The notes under the pieces are model-generated. The model did no database searches. It saw only the letters and a program-made list of their open reading frames with translations, and was not told the DNA's origin. Source: Deltaproteobacteria bacterium (lineage in GTDB: Bacteria > Desulfobacterota > DSM-4660 > Desulfatiglandales > HGW-15). From it: a stretch of 24,452 nucleotides of DNA. This document shows positions 15,821-23,027 of this stretch, piece by piece (the first letter of the stretch is position 1; every line of letters starts with the position of its first letter). Location: contig JAGUZM010000005.1 of NCBI GenBank assembly GCA_020060805.1, positions 1 to 24,452 on the forward strand, given 5' to 3'. A program made the position numbers and the translations under genes.

Positions 15821-16309
15821 TCACGGTCCCGCCTTGATTCTGAACTCCTCGTCCATCTCGACCCAGCCCGGACCGAATCTCTGGTCATAAAAAGCGGCAA
15901 AACGATCGTACCATCGGGCCCATGTGCTTTTCCCCGCCTGCAGCGCCTCAAGGACGTCATTCAGGTAAGCGGCAATATTCTCGAGTTTTTCCTTTGGTAT
16001 GAAAAAGGCGGCACCCTGCTTGAATGACTTCACCGTGTCCTGAACGGTTAAAGAGTGGGCAGTGAGCATTACGGGGATCACCCTCCTGCGCTTTGCAACC
16101 TCAAGAAGCGAATACCCGTCGACTCCCATGATGTCGAGCACGGCGATGTCAAAGTACTCGTTCTCGAGAAGTTTCTTCGCCTTTTCAAATGTCTCGGCCT
16201 TCACCACGTCGCACATCGATAGGAGGGACTCCAGTGTGGCCAGAATATCGGGTTCATCATCGACCACGAGAACTCTTTTGTATTTCAACACGTCCTTTCT
16301 CCTGTTCAC
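15821..16309 (-). CDS. Single-domain (REC) response regulator with the same C-terminal tail as RR1 (RR2)
   Basis: VLVVDDEPDILATLESLL, FDIAVLDIMGVDGYSLLEVAK, VIPVMLTAHSLT, tail WARWYDRFAAFYDQRFGPGWVEMDEEF. True start may be GTG 16291 or TTG 16288, judging by the nearby AGGAGAAAGG. Confidence 0.9.
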   Translation of the reverse strand: MNRRKDVLKYKRVLVVDDEPDILATLESLLSMCDVVKAETFEKAKKLLENEYFDIAVLDIMGVDGYSLLEVAKRRRVIPVMLTAHSLTVQDTVKSFKQGAAFFIPKEKLENIAAYLNDVLEALQAGKSTWARWYDRFAAFYDQRFGPGWVEMDEEFRIKAGP

Positions 16310-16359
16310 TTATCCTCATTTTTGTCTGCCATTTGGACTTCATCCCTGCCGTGAGCCCC

Positions 16360-18249
16360 CTAGCTCTTGCTTTCTACCGGATACGAGCTGCCCCTAGACA
16401 TCCGTGAACGGATATTCCGCCATAACAGAATGGCTGCTATGGTCAACAGCCCGAGCATGTTCAATACTATGTTATGAGGGATAAGGCAAATGCTTGCGCA
16501 TAGGACGAGAAGCCTTTCAGGCAGCGTCAGCTTGGAAGTGGCGAAACCCAGGAACGACATGGATATTCCACCGATGGCGACGAACGCAGTGAAAATGCGG
16601 TAAATTACATAAACGACAGATCCCTTCAGCATGATCTCCGGCGAATAGACGAAGAGAAAGGGCACGATGAAAGTCGGCGCAGAAATCAGGAATGCCAGAT
16701 TGGTAGTTTTCAGAGGATCTGTCCTGGCAATACCCGCTGCCGCAAAGGAGCACGGTGCTGAAGGGGGGGTGATGTTGCCGAGAACCCCGAAGTGGAAAAT
16801 GAACAAGTGCGCTGCCATGGGATGTATCCCACTCTGAACGAGTGCAGGCGCGGCAAGGATTGCCAGGATGAGATAAGCCGTCACGGGGGGCAGAGGCAGC
16901 CCGATAATTACCGAGGCGACCATGGTCAGGAGGAGCAGGACGATTTTGTTCCCTCCTGCTACATAAAGCAGTATCTCTGTAAAGCGGAGTCCCAGCCCTG
17001 TGAGATTGATCACTCCCTCGATGATTCCGGCCGCTGCGCACGACATAATCACGATCAATGCCGTTTTCGGGCCGTTTTCAAGGGCCAGGATCAACTTTGA
17101 GAAGGACATCCTTGTCGCCTTTCGGAGTAGGCTGATGGCGAGCAGTGCAATGATTGCCCAAAACCCGGCCTTCTTGGTGCTCACATTCTCGACAATCAGC
17201 AGGTAGAAGATGACCAGGAGCGGAAAAAAGAGATGACCATACTGGCTCAGCAGTGAACGGATCTTCGGCAGTTCAGATTTGGGCGCCTTTACGAGCCCGA
17301 GTTTCTTGCCCTGGATCTGTATGAACGTGAATACGGTCATGTAGAAAAGGAGGCCGGGTACCAGTGCGGCGCGCATGACGTCCAGGTAGCTTCCGCCGAT
17401 GATCTCAGGGATGATGAAGGCCGCTGCCCCCATCACAGGGGGAACCAACATTCCCCCTGTTGAAGAAAGCGCCTCAATGGCTGCGGCCATTATGGGCTTG
17501 TATCCTGAGCGGATCATAAGGGGAATGGTCAAGGTGCCTACAGCCGCAACGTTTGCCGTCTGGCTTCCAGTCATCATGCCGAAAAGGCAGCTCCCCAGGA
17601 CGGCTGCTTTAGCGGCCCCGCCCCTGAACCTCCCAAAAATGCCGTAGCCAATGTTCGTAAAGGCGTGAGTACCACCCGTCTGTTCGAGGAAGGCACCAAA
17701 AATGAGGAAAATGATGATCACGGTCGCGGACACGCTCAAAGCAACCCCCAATATTCCCTCGGTGCTGAGGAACATGTGCGAAACCACCCTCTCGAACGAA
17801 TACCCGCTGTGAGCGAACATGGAAGGCAAGTACTTTCCGAACGCTACATAGGCAAGGCTCAACAAAACCAAAACGCACATGGTGAGCCCCATGATGCGAC
17901 GCGTCGCCTCTGTGACGAGCACGATCGCCGTTGTTCCCACAATGCAATCCAAAATGTTCGGCGAGCCCTCCCTTGATGCGATGTTCTCATACTCCAGCAG
18001 AACATAAAGGGAGATGAATGCACTCAAAAAAACCAGAACGTAGTCTATCGCCAAGGCGGTACCAGTGTGTCTGCTACGGAATGTTTTCTGCAGGGGCAAG
18101 AGAAGGAATACCAGGATGAGCCCGAACCCGAGATGGATAGATCTCTGCTGCATTGCAGGAAGCTGCTGTATCCCAGCAGTGTAGATCTGGAATAAAGACA
18201 TCGCGATTGCAATGATCCCTATGACCCTTTTTGAAGTAATCCATCTCAT
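16360..18249 (-). CDS. TRAP transporter fused permease (4TM/12TM type), 629 aa (permease-2)
   Basis: FGMMTGSQTANVAAVGTLTIPLMIRSGYKPIMAAAIEALSSTGGMLVPPVMGAAAFIIPEIIG; LGNITPPSAPCSFAAAGIA; similar organisation to permease-1. Confidence 0.93.
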   Translation of the reverse strand: MRWITSKRVIGIIAIAMSLFQIYTAGIQQLPAMQQRSIHLGFGLILVFLLLPLQKTFRSRHTGTALAIDYVLVFLSAFISLYVLLEYENIASREGSPNILDCIVGTTAIVLVTEATRRIMGLTMCVLVLLSLAYVAFGKYLPSMFAHSGYSFERVVSHMFLSTEGILGVALSVSATVIIIFLIFGAFLEQTGGTHAFTNIGYGIFGRFRGGAAKAAVLGSCLFGMMTGSQTANVAAVGTLTIPLMIRSGYKPIMAAAIEALSSTGGMLVPPVMGAAAFIIPEIIGGSYLDVMRAALVPGLLFYMTVFTFIQIQGKKLGLVKAPKSELPKIRSLLSQYGHLFFPLLVIFYLLIVENVSTKKAGFWAIIALLAISLLRKATRMSFSKLILALENGPKTALIVIMSCAAAGIIEGVINLTGLGLRFTEILLYVAGGNKIVLLLLTMVASVIIGLPLPPVTAYLILAILAAPALVQSGIHPMAAHLFIFHFGVLGNITPPSAPCSFAAAGIARTDPLKTTNLAFLISAPTFIVPFLFVYSPEIMLKGSVVYVIYRIFTAFVAIGGISMSFLGFATSKLTLPERLLVLCASICLIPHNIVLNMLGLLTIAAILLWRNIRSRMSRGSSYPVESKS

Positions 18250-18485
18250 GCTTTACTCCAATTCCGGCAGGATTTTGTCATTACTGCGGCAACTGAGCGT
18301 CATGGTTGTCGTTTTGCTGACCGGAGCCTGTCTCATCAAGACCGGCAAATGGAACTGCATGCCTCCACATTTTCAGCGGGACAGTTAGTCCAAGCCGGGT
18401 TGGCCGACAGTCCTATTCGGTCGCCTCTTGAGAAGGGCATTCGATAATGTGCATCAGGCGACTCTCTGCAAAAAGGTCATGGAGG

Positions 18486-19451
18486 CTACTTGAAAATACC
18501 GGCTTCTTTGAAGTACTTTTCAGCCCCTTTGTGAAATGGGAAGGCGATGGTGCGTTTTACGCTTTGAGGGTTCATCTCGTTCGCAACCGGGTGGATCTCA
18601 ATCAGCTCTTTTCTGTTTTCAAAAAGCGCTTTGGTCATTTTGTAAACGAGATCCTCCTTCACCCCTTCGTGGGTTTCGAGCGGCACGCCGAATACGAGAA
18701 TTGGCGTAGGCTGATCGACGCCGCTGTAAGATCCCGGTTTCAGAGTGTCATGATAGAGATATGGGTTTTCCGGCAGGATCTTCTTCAGCACTTCCTCGTT
18801 GGCTGGGATCACACGGATTTCCTTTCGAATGCTGAGTTCCTTCATGGCCGGAATCGGGTATGCGCCGGAGATAAACCCAGCATCGATGCTCTCGTCCTGC
18901 AAGCCCTCGACCACCTCCTTGTAGCCTAGCCACAGTTGCTTGTACATGTCTTTGGTGACTCCGTGGGCCGTGATCAAATCCAGAGCTAACTGTGATGTTC
19001 CGCTACCGGCCGCACCAAGGGCCACCCTCTTGCCCTTCAGATCGGCAATGGTCTTTATGGAGGAATTCTTGAGCACTACCAGGTTCATCCCCGCGCCGTA
19101 TAGAAAGGTGATGGCCCGGAGTCCATCGTAAGCCTTTTCAAATGGCGGCTTTCCTGCATAAGCCAAATAGAGAAGCTTCGAGTCACTTATCCCAAAGGCG
19201 GCCTGCCCCTTTGATTGTTTCTCGTCGAGATACTTGATCGTGGCGGAAGACCCGCCTGTCCCTTCCACCATCATCTGCACTTCGGGTACGTGTTTGTTCA
19301 GGACCTTGGCAATCGCTCCTCCAAGAAAGTAGGCTGTTCCTCCAGAGCCCGGCGTGTAAATGGGAATGACCTCTTTTGCAATGGAAACTGGAGTTTGACA
19401 AAGAACCGCCATCCCAAAAACTGCCATAAGGACCATTTCAAACTTTTTCAT
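18486..19451 (-). CDS. TAXI-family TRAP transporter solute-binding receptor, ~321 aa (TAXI-2)
   Basis: MKKFEMVLMAVFGMAVLCQTPVSIAKE signal peptide; IYTPGSGGTAYFLGGAIAKVLNKHVPEVQMMVEGTGGSSATIKYL. The track start at 19493 is less likely; ATG 19451 has AAAGGGGG just upstream. Confidence 0.92.
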   Translation of the reverse strand: MKKFEMVLMAVFGMAVLCQTPVSIAKEVIPIYTPGSGGTAYFLGGAIAKVLNKHVPEVQMMVEGTGGSSATIKYLDEKQSKGQAAFGISDSKLLYLAYAGKPPFEKAYDGLRAITFLYGAGMNLVVLKNSSIKTIADLKGKRVALGAAGSGTSQLALDLITAHGVTKDMYKQLWLGYKEVVEGLQDESIDAGFISGAYPIPAMKELSIRKEIRVIPANEEVLKKILPENPYLYHDTLKPGSYSGVDQPTPILVFGVPLETHEGVKEDLVYKMTKALFENRKELIEIHPVANEMNPQSVKRTIAFPFHKGAEKYFKEAGIFK

Positions 19452-19485
19452 AAAGCCCCCCTTTCTCTTAACGGGTTCGTTGCAA

Positions 19486-21057
19486 TCAAACATACTTGCG
19501 CCTCATCTCCTTCTTCTCCAGTTTGCCGGTCGGATTCCTCAGTACTTCATCGAAGATGATGCGCCTCGGTCTCTTGTATCTCGCAATTTTTCTTTCAAAA
19601 AAGGCGGTCAACTCTTTCTTCGTTTCACTTGAATCAGGGATATTCGACTTGAGTTTAATTACCGCCGTGACCATCTCACCTAGCCTGTCATCGGGGAGCC
19701 CTATTACAGCCACATCGTGAACTTTGGGATGAGTTTGTATCAGCTCTTCGACTTCAGTGGGGTACACGTTCTCGCCCCCACAGATAATCACGTCCTTTTT
19801 CCTATCGACGATCCAATAAAACCCCTCCGAATCCCTTCTCGCCAAGTCGCCGGTATATAGCCAGCCGTCCCTTATCGTTCTTGCGGTCAGTTCCGGATTT
19901 TTGTAATACTCTTTCATGACGCCGTTCCCTCGGACAACGATTTCTCCGACATCTCCCCGCCGTGTATCGTTGCCGGAATCATCCACCAGTTTCACCTCCC
20001 AGTTGAATCCCGGCTTGCCGATCGAGCCCACTTTGTGCTCGTTCTCGATCCCGAGGTGAAGACATTGAGGCCCAGTTCCCTCAGTGAGCCCATAGTTCTC
20101 ATCAAAGATCATGTTAGGGAATTCCTTTTTCCACCTCGTGATCAGACTCGGCGGAACCGGTTGCGCGCCGAGCAAAAGGAGTCGCCATTCACTCAAATCG
20201 TAATCTGATTTCTTCAGTGTCCCCGCTTCCAGTTCCCCCAGTATGTCCTGGATCCATGGAACGAGGAGCATGCAAACAGATCCTCGCTCCTCCGATAGAA
20301 CCCGAAAAATCGCTTCCGGAGTAATTTTGTCTCCCTGTATTATGGCCGATTCACCCATGATGAGACTGGAAAGCCAGTGAATAAAATCCCCGGTGTGGTA
20401 GAGAGGCTTCAGAATCACGAATATGTCGCCGCTCCTTCGAAGCTGATGTACCACCTCGATGATCGCAGCGTGCTCCATGTTGTTGTGGCTGAGCAGAATG
20501 GGTTTCGGCTTCCCTGTAGTTCCCGATGTGAAATAGAGACCGCAGGGGTCACTAGGCTCAAGGCGTGTAAAAAATGGTTCCGGGGAGGATCCAGCCATAA
20601 TCGCGGGGAGACATTCCATGCCCCTTGCGGCACTCGGCCCGTTGACGAATATGACGAAATCACGTTTCTTCTCGAGTTCCGCCTCGATTACTCTGGGGGC
20701 GAATTTCTCGTCGAGGATCATTGCCGCCGGTTCGGCTACGTCCATGCAGTGGCGGAAATCATCCGATGTGAACCGAAAGTTGAGAGGAACGACAACTGCG
20801 CCTGTACGAATGATCCCAAAGTACGCCGCCACCCAGGAGATGGAATTCATCATCCAATGAATCACCTTATCTCCCTTCCTTACGCCTCTTCCTGTGAGGG
20901 AGTTGGCGATCCTGTTGACCATCTCATTCAACTCTCTCCAGGTGACCTCAACTCGCAGGTTTTTACTCGGCAGCCGTTCAACGAGGGCGATCTTGTCAGA
21001 ATGCATCCTCGCGTTCCTTGCCAGCATTTCTGAGATATCCATGACGCCTATTACCAT
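19486..21057 (-). CDS. AMP-dependent acyl-CoA synthetase/ligase (class I adenylate-forming), 523 aa
   Basis: GLYFTSGTTGKPKPILLSHNNMEHA, ENYGLTEGTGPQC, GWLYTGDLARRDSEGFYWIVDRKKDVIICGGENVYPTEVEE, RNPTGKLEKKEMR. Start may be 21042 (MDISEM). Confidence 0.94.
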   Translation of the reverse strand: MVIGVMDISEMLARNARMHSDKIALVERLPSKNLRVEVTWRELNEMVNRIANSLTGRGVRKGDKVIHWMMNSISWVAAYFGIIRTGAVVVPLNFRFTSDDFRHCMDVAEPAAMILDEKFAPRVIEAELEKKRDFVIFVNGPSAARGMECLPAIMAGSSPEPFFTRLEPSDPCGLYFTSGTTGKPKPILLSHNNMEHAAIIEVVHQLRRSGDIFVILKPLYHTGDFIHWLSSLIMGESAIIQGDKITPEAIFRVLSEERGSVCMLLVPWIQDILGELEAGTLKKSDYDLSEWRLLLLGAQPVPPSLITRWKKEFPNMIFDENYGLTEGTGPQCLHLGIENEHKVGSIGKPGFNWEVKLVDDSGNDTRRGDVGEIVVRGNGVMKEYYKNPELTARTIRDGWLYTGDLARRDSEGFYWIVDRKKDVIICGGENVYPTEVEELIQTHPKVHDVAVIGLPDDRLGEMVTAVIKLKSNIPDSSETKKELTAFFERKIARYKRPRRIIFDEVLRNPTGKLEKKEMRRKYV

Positions 21058-21121
21058 CCTTCCGGCACTAAGGGTTGAGGAAGAAGGCCAGAACTATGAC
21101 GTTTTACCGGAACATACTAAA

Positions 21122-21162
21122 GGCCGCCAACCTTAACTAATCACGGCTGAAGGAAGGCGGCC
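21122..21162. other. Intercistronic stem-loop between ubiD-2 and the acyl-CoA synthetase gene
   Basis: GGCCGCC (21122-21128) pairs with GGCGGCC (21156-21162) with a partly paired interior; no T-tract, so not a classical terminator. Confidence 0.45.
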
Positions 21163-21173
21163 GGGAGCAAGAA

Positions 21174-22691
21174 CTACCTTCCCGTTTTGGCGAGCGACCG
21201 AGCATATTCGGTCTGCATGCCACGAAAATCGGCAAGCTGCTTCTCGGAGAACCATTTTTTCAGGTCAACTTTGTCCACAGGATAATGGGGTCGAGTGAAG
21301 TAGTGCGCGGTCTTGAAGGGCTTTGTTGCGTCGAATGCCATCCCGCCTTCCCATCCGCCAAGGCCACTCTGCCTGACTTCTTTTGGCTGGGCTGCTATGC
21401 CGCGCCCCCCGCGTGGAAGCTTAATAATATCTTTGTCGGGGTCGACACGGCTCTCCAGAGCCCACATCACGTCGTCGGCATTGTAGATGTCTACATCCTC
21501 GTCAACGGCAATCGCCATCCTGATACCAGGCGCATCCGCAAGCGCCGAAAAGAGAATGTTCCTCTGAAATCCTTCCTCCTGCGATCGCTCCTTGCGCACC
21601 TGGAAAATGACTCCACTCCCCCACTTGAAGTAATCGGGGATGTTGACATCCACACATATGCCCGGGGCAATCCTTTCTGCCATCTCGAAAAACGTTGCCT
21701 CCCTGAGCAGATCGAAACACGCGTATTCCAGCCCTGCCGCAAGGGGGGTGTAGAAGATGGGACGTTCCTTCCTCATGGTGACAGCGGTGACTTGGAGTTT
21801 ACGCACCTTCCATGTGGTGCCCATATATCCTACCCATTCCGGGAAAAAATTAGTCTCCCCCTGGCGCTGCACTCCCAGTTTTTCTGCTTCTTCGCTTTCC
21901 CACACATTCTGGGAGGTCGGCTCTAGATAACCTTCCAGCACTATCTCGGCATCCGCGATGGCATACGCATCAACGGTCCTCGCTTTCACCAGTTTGACCG
22001 GCGCCCCCTGAAATCCACCGGCGATTCCCAGTTCATCGCTTCCGTGAGGCACGATCGTTCTCACGTTCCAGGTGCCCGCCACGATGCCGACTGCAGGGCT
22101 GGGGTTCATATTCACGGTTATTGGAATCCTCTCGTCACGATGGGTCTTGAAGGCCATCATCCCAATGTGAGTGATTTGGGCAGTTGATATCGAAGCCCAG
22201 TCTTTACCCCTGAAATGAATCCGATTGAATGAGATGTTCGTATCGCCTTTTCTGTAGACATCGCACAGGAGCTGATTTCCGCACCCGATGATCCTGCCGG
22301 CATCGAATTCCGTGTGTTTGATGATCGGAAGCATTGTTGGTACATCGATGTCCTTGGTGATTACCACTTCCTGGCAAGGCGCGTCTTTCACTATCTGGGG
22401 AGGTATCGGCTCTCTCAACGCCTCCACAAACTTGAATTTAAGCTTGTTCGGGTCGCTCACTCCGTAGAGGTCGGCAATCGGTTCTCGCCTTCCGAAAATA
22501 TTGCCGAGGTCGCGAAAACCGGGGTATCCCTTTATTTTGTCGAAAAGGAGTATAGGTCCCTTCTCCAACGCCTTTTGAATCCCGGCGATTTCGTAGATCG
22601 GATCTACCTCTTCCTTCACATGGACCACCTGGCCTTTCTTATCCAGGTAAGCCAACGCCCCTCTTATGGACGTCACATCTCTTTTTTCCAT
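21174..22691 (-). CDS. UbiD-family prenylated-FMN-dependent (de)carboxylase, divergent subgroup, ~505 aa (UbiD-2)
   Basis: GPILLFDKIKGYPGFRDLGNIFGRREPIADLYGV, NPSPAVGIVAGTWNVRTIVPHGSDELGIAGGFQGAPVKLVKARTVDAYAIADAEIVLEGYLEP, DEDVDIYNADDVMWALESRVDP. ATG 22691 has GGAGG upstream (track start 22739). Confidence 0.93.
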   Translation of the reverse strand: MEKRDVTSIRGALAYLDKKGQVVHVKEEVDPIYEIAGIQKALEKGPILLFDKIKGYPGFRDLGNIFGRREPIADLYGVSDPNKLKFKFVEALREPIPPQIVKDAPCQEVVITKDIDVPTMLPIIKHTEFDAGRIIGCGNQLLCDVYRKGDTNISFNRIHFRGKDWASISTAQITHIGMMAFKTHRDERIPITVNMNPSPAVGIVAGTWNVRTIVPHGSDELGIAGGFQGAPVKLVKARTVDAYAIADAEIVLEGYLEPTSQNVWESEEAEKLGVQRQGETNFFPEWVGYMGTTWKVRKLQVTAVTMRKERPIFYTPLAAGLEYACFDLLREATFFEMAERIAPGICVDVNIPDYFKWGSGVIFQVRKERSQEEGFQRNILFSALADAPGIRMAIAVDEDVDIYNADDVMWALESRVDPDKDIIKLPRGGRGIAAQPKEVRQSGLGGWEGGMAFDATKPFKTAHYFTRPHYPVDKVDLKKWFSEKQLADFRGMQTEYARSLAKTGR

Positions 22692-22774
22692 TCTTCCCTC
22701 CTGATGATCGCAATTTCTTTGTTGGCTCAGTTCACTCAAAGTTGTCTACGCTCGATTTCTTATAACTGCCTATT

Positions 22775-22790
22775 AGCAAAGAACGTGCCT
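22775..22790 (-). promoter_or_regulatory. Sigma54 (-24/-12) promoter for the ubiD-2 operon: AGGCAC-GTTCT-TTGCT
   Basis: Minus-strand reading AGGCACGTTCTTTGCT; exact GG-N10-GC spacing; ~85 bp upstream of the ubiD-2 start. Confidence 0.78.
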
Positions 22791-22862
22791 CAATCTACTT
22801 GCCTGATTTTACACTATAAAATAAATGTACAACCAAAAAAAGTCTGCATATCCTCTCAAAGA

Positions 22863-22879
22863 TGTCCATTTTGCAGACA
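22863..22879. promoter_or_regulatory. Putative activator-binding site (UAS) C: TGTC-CATTTTGCA-GACA
   Basis: Same TGTC-N9-GACA spacing as sites A, B and D; ~75 bp upstream of the ubiD-2 sigma54 promoter. Confidence 0.55.
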
Positions 22880-22943
22880 TCGTTCTAGATAATATCTTCT
22901 GATTCTATGAACTTACTCAAATATTGAGATCATGACCTAAAAA

Positions 22944-22966
22944 GAGACATGTCTTTTTGCTGGACA
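22944..22966. promoter_or_regulatory. Putative activator-binding site (UAS) D: minus-strand TGTCCAGCAAAAAGACATGTCTC
   Basis: 18/23 identical to site A, including TGTCCAGCAA and GACATGTC; ~155 bp upstream of the ubiD-2 sigma54 promoter. Confidence 0.68.
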
Positions 22967-23027
22967 ACCTCATTCATCTGAACCATATTGGGGCAAGAAG
23001 ATTAGATTTTTGCTTTTGGAGCCGCGC

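Noticed and set aside
16517-17100. ORFs 16517..17041 (-) and 16792..17100 (+)
   Set aside because: Alternate-frame or antisense ORFs inside the fused TRAP permease gene.
18303-18318. Plus-strand TGGTTGTCGTTTTGCT with sigma54-like GG-N10-GC spacing
   Set aside because: The -24 element is poor (TGGTTG), it points against all genes in this region, and no UAS-like motif lies upstream.
20377-21033. 218-aa plus-strand ORF, antisense to the acyl-CoA synthetase
   Set aside because: Fully antisense to a gene with clear adenylate-forming motifs; a likely shadow ORF.
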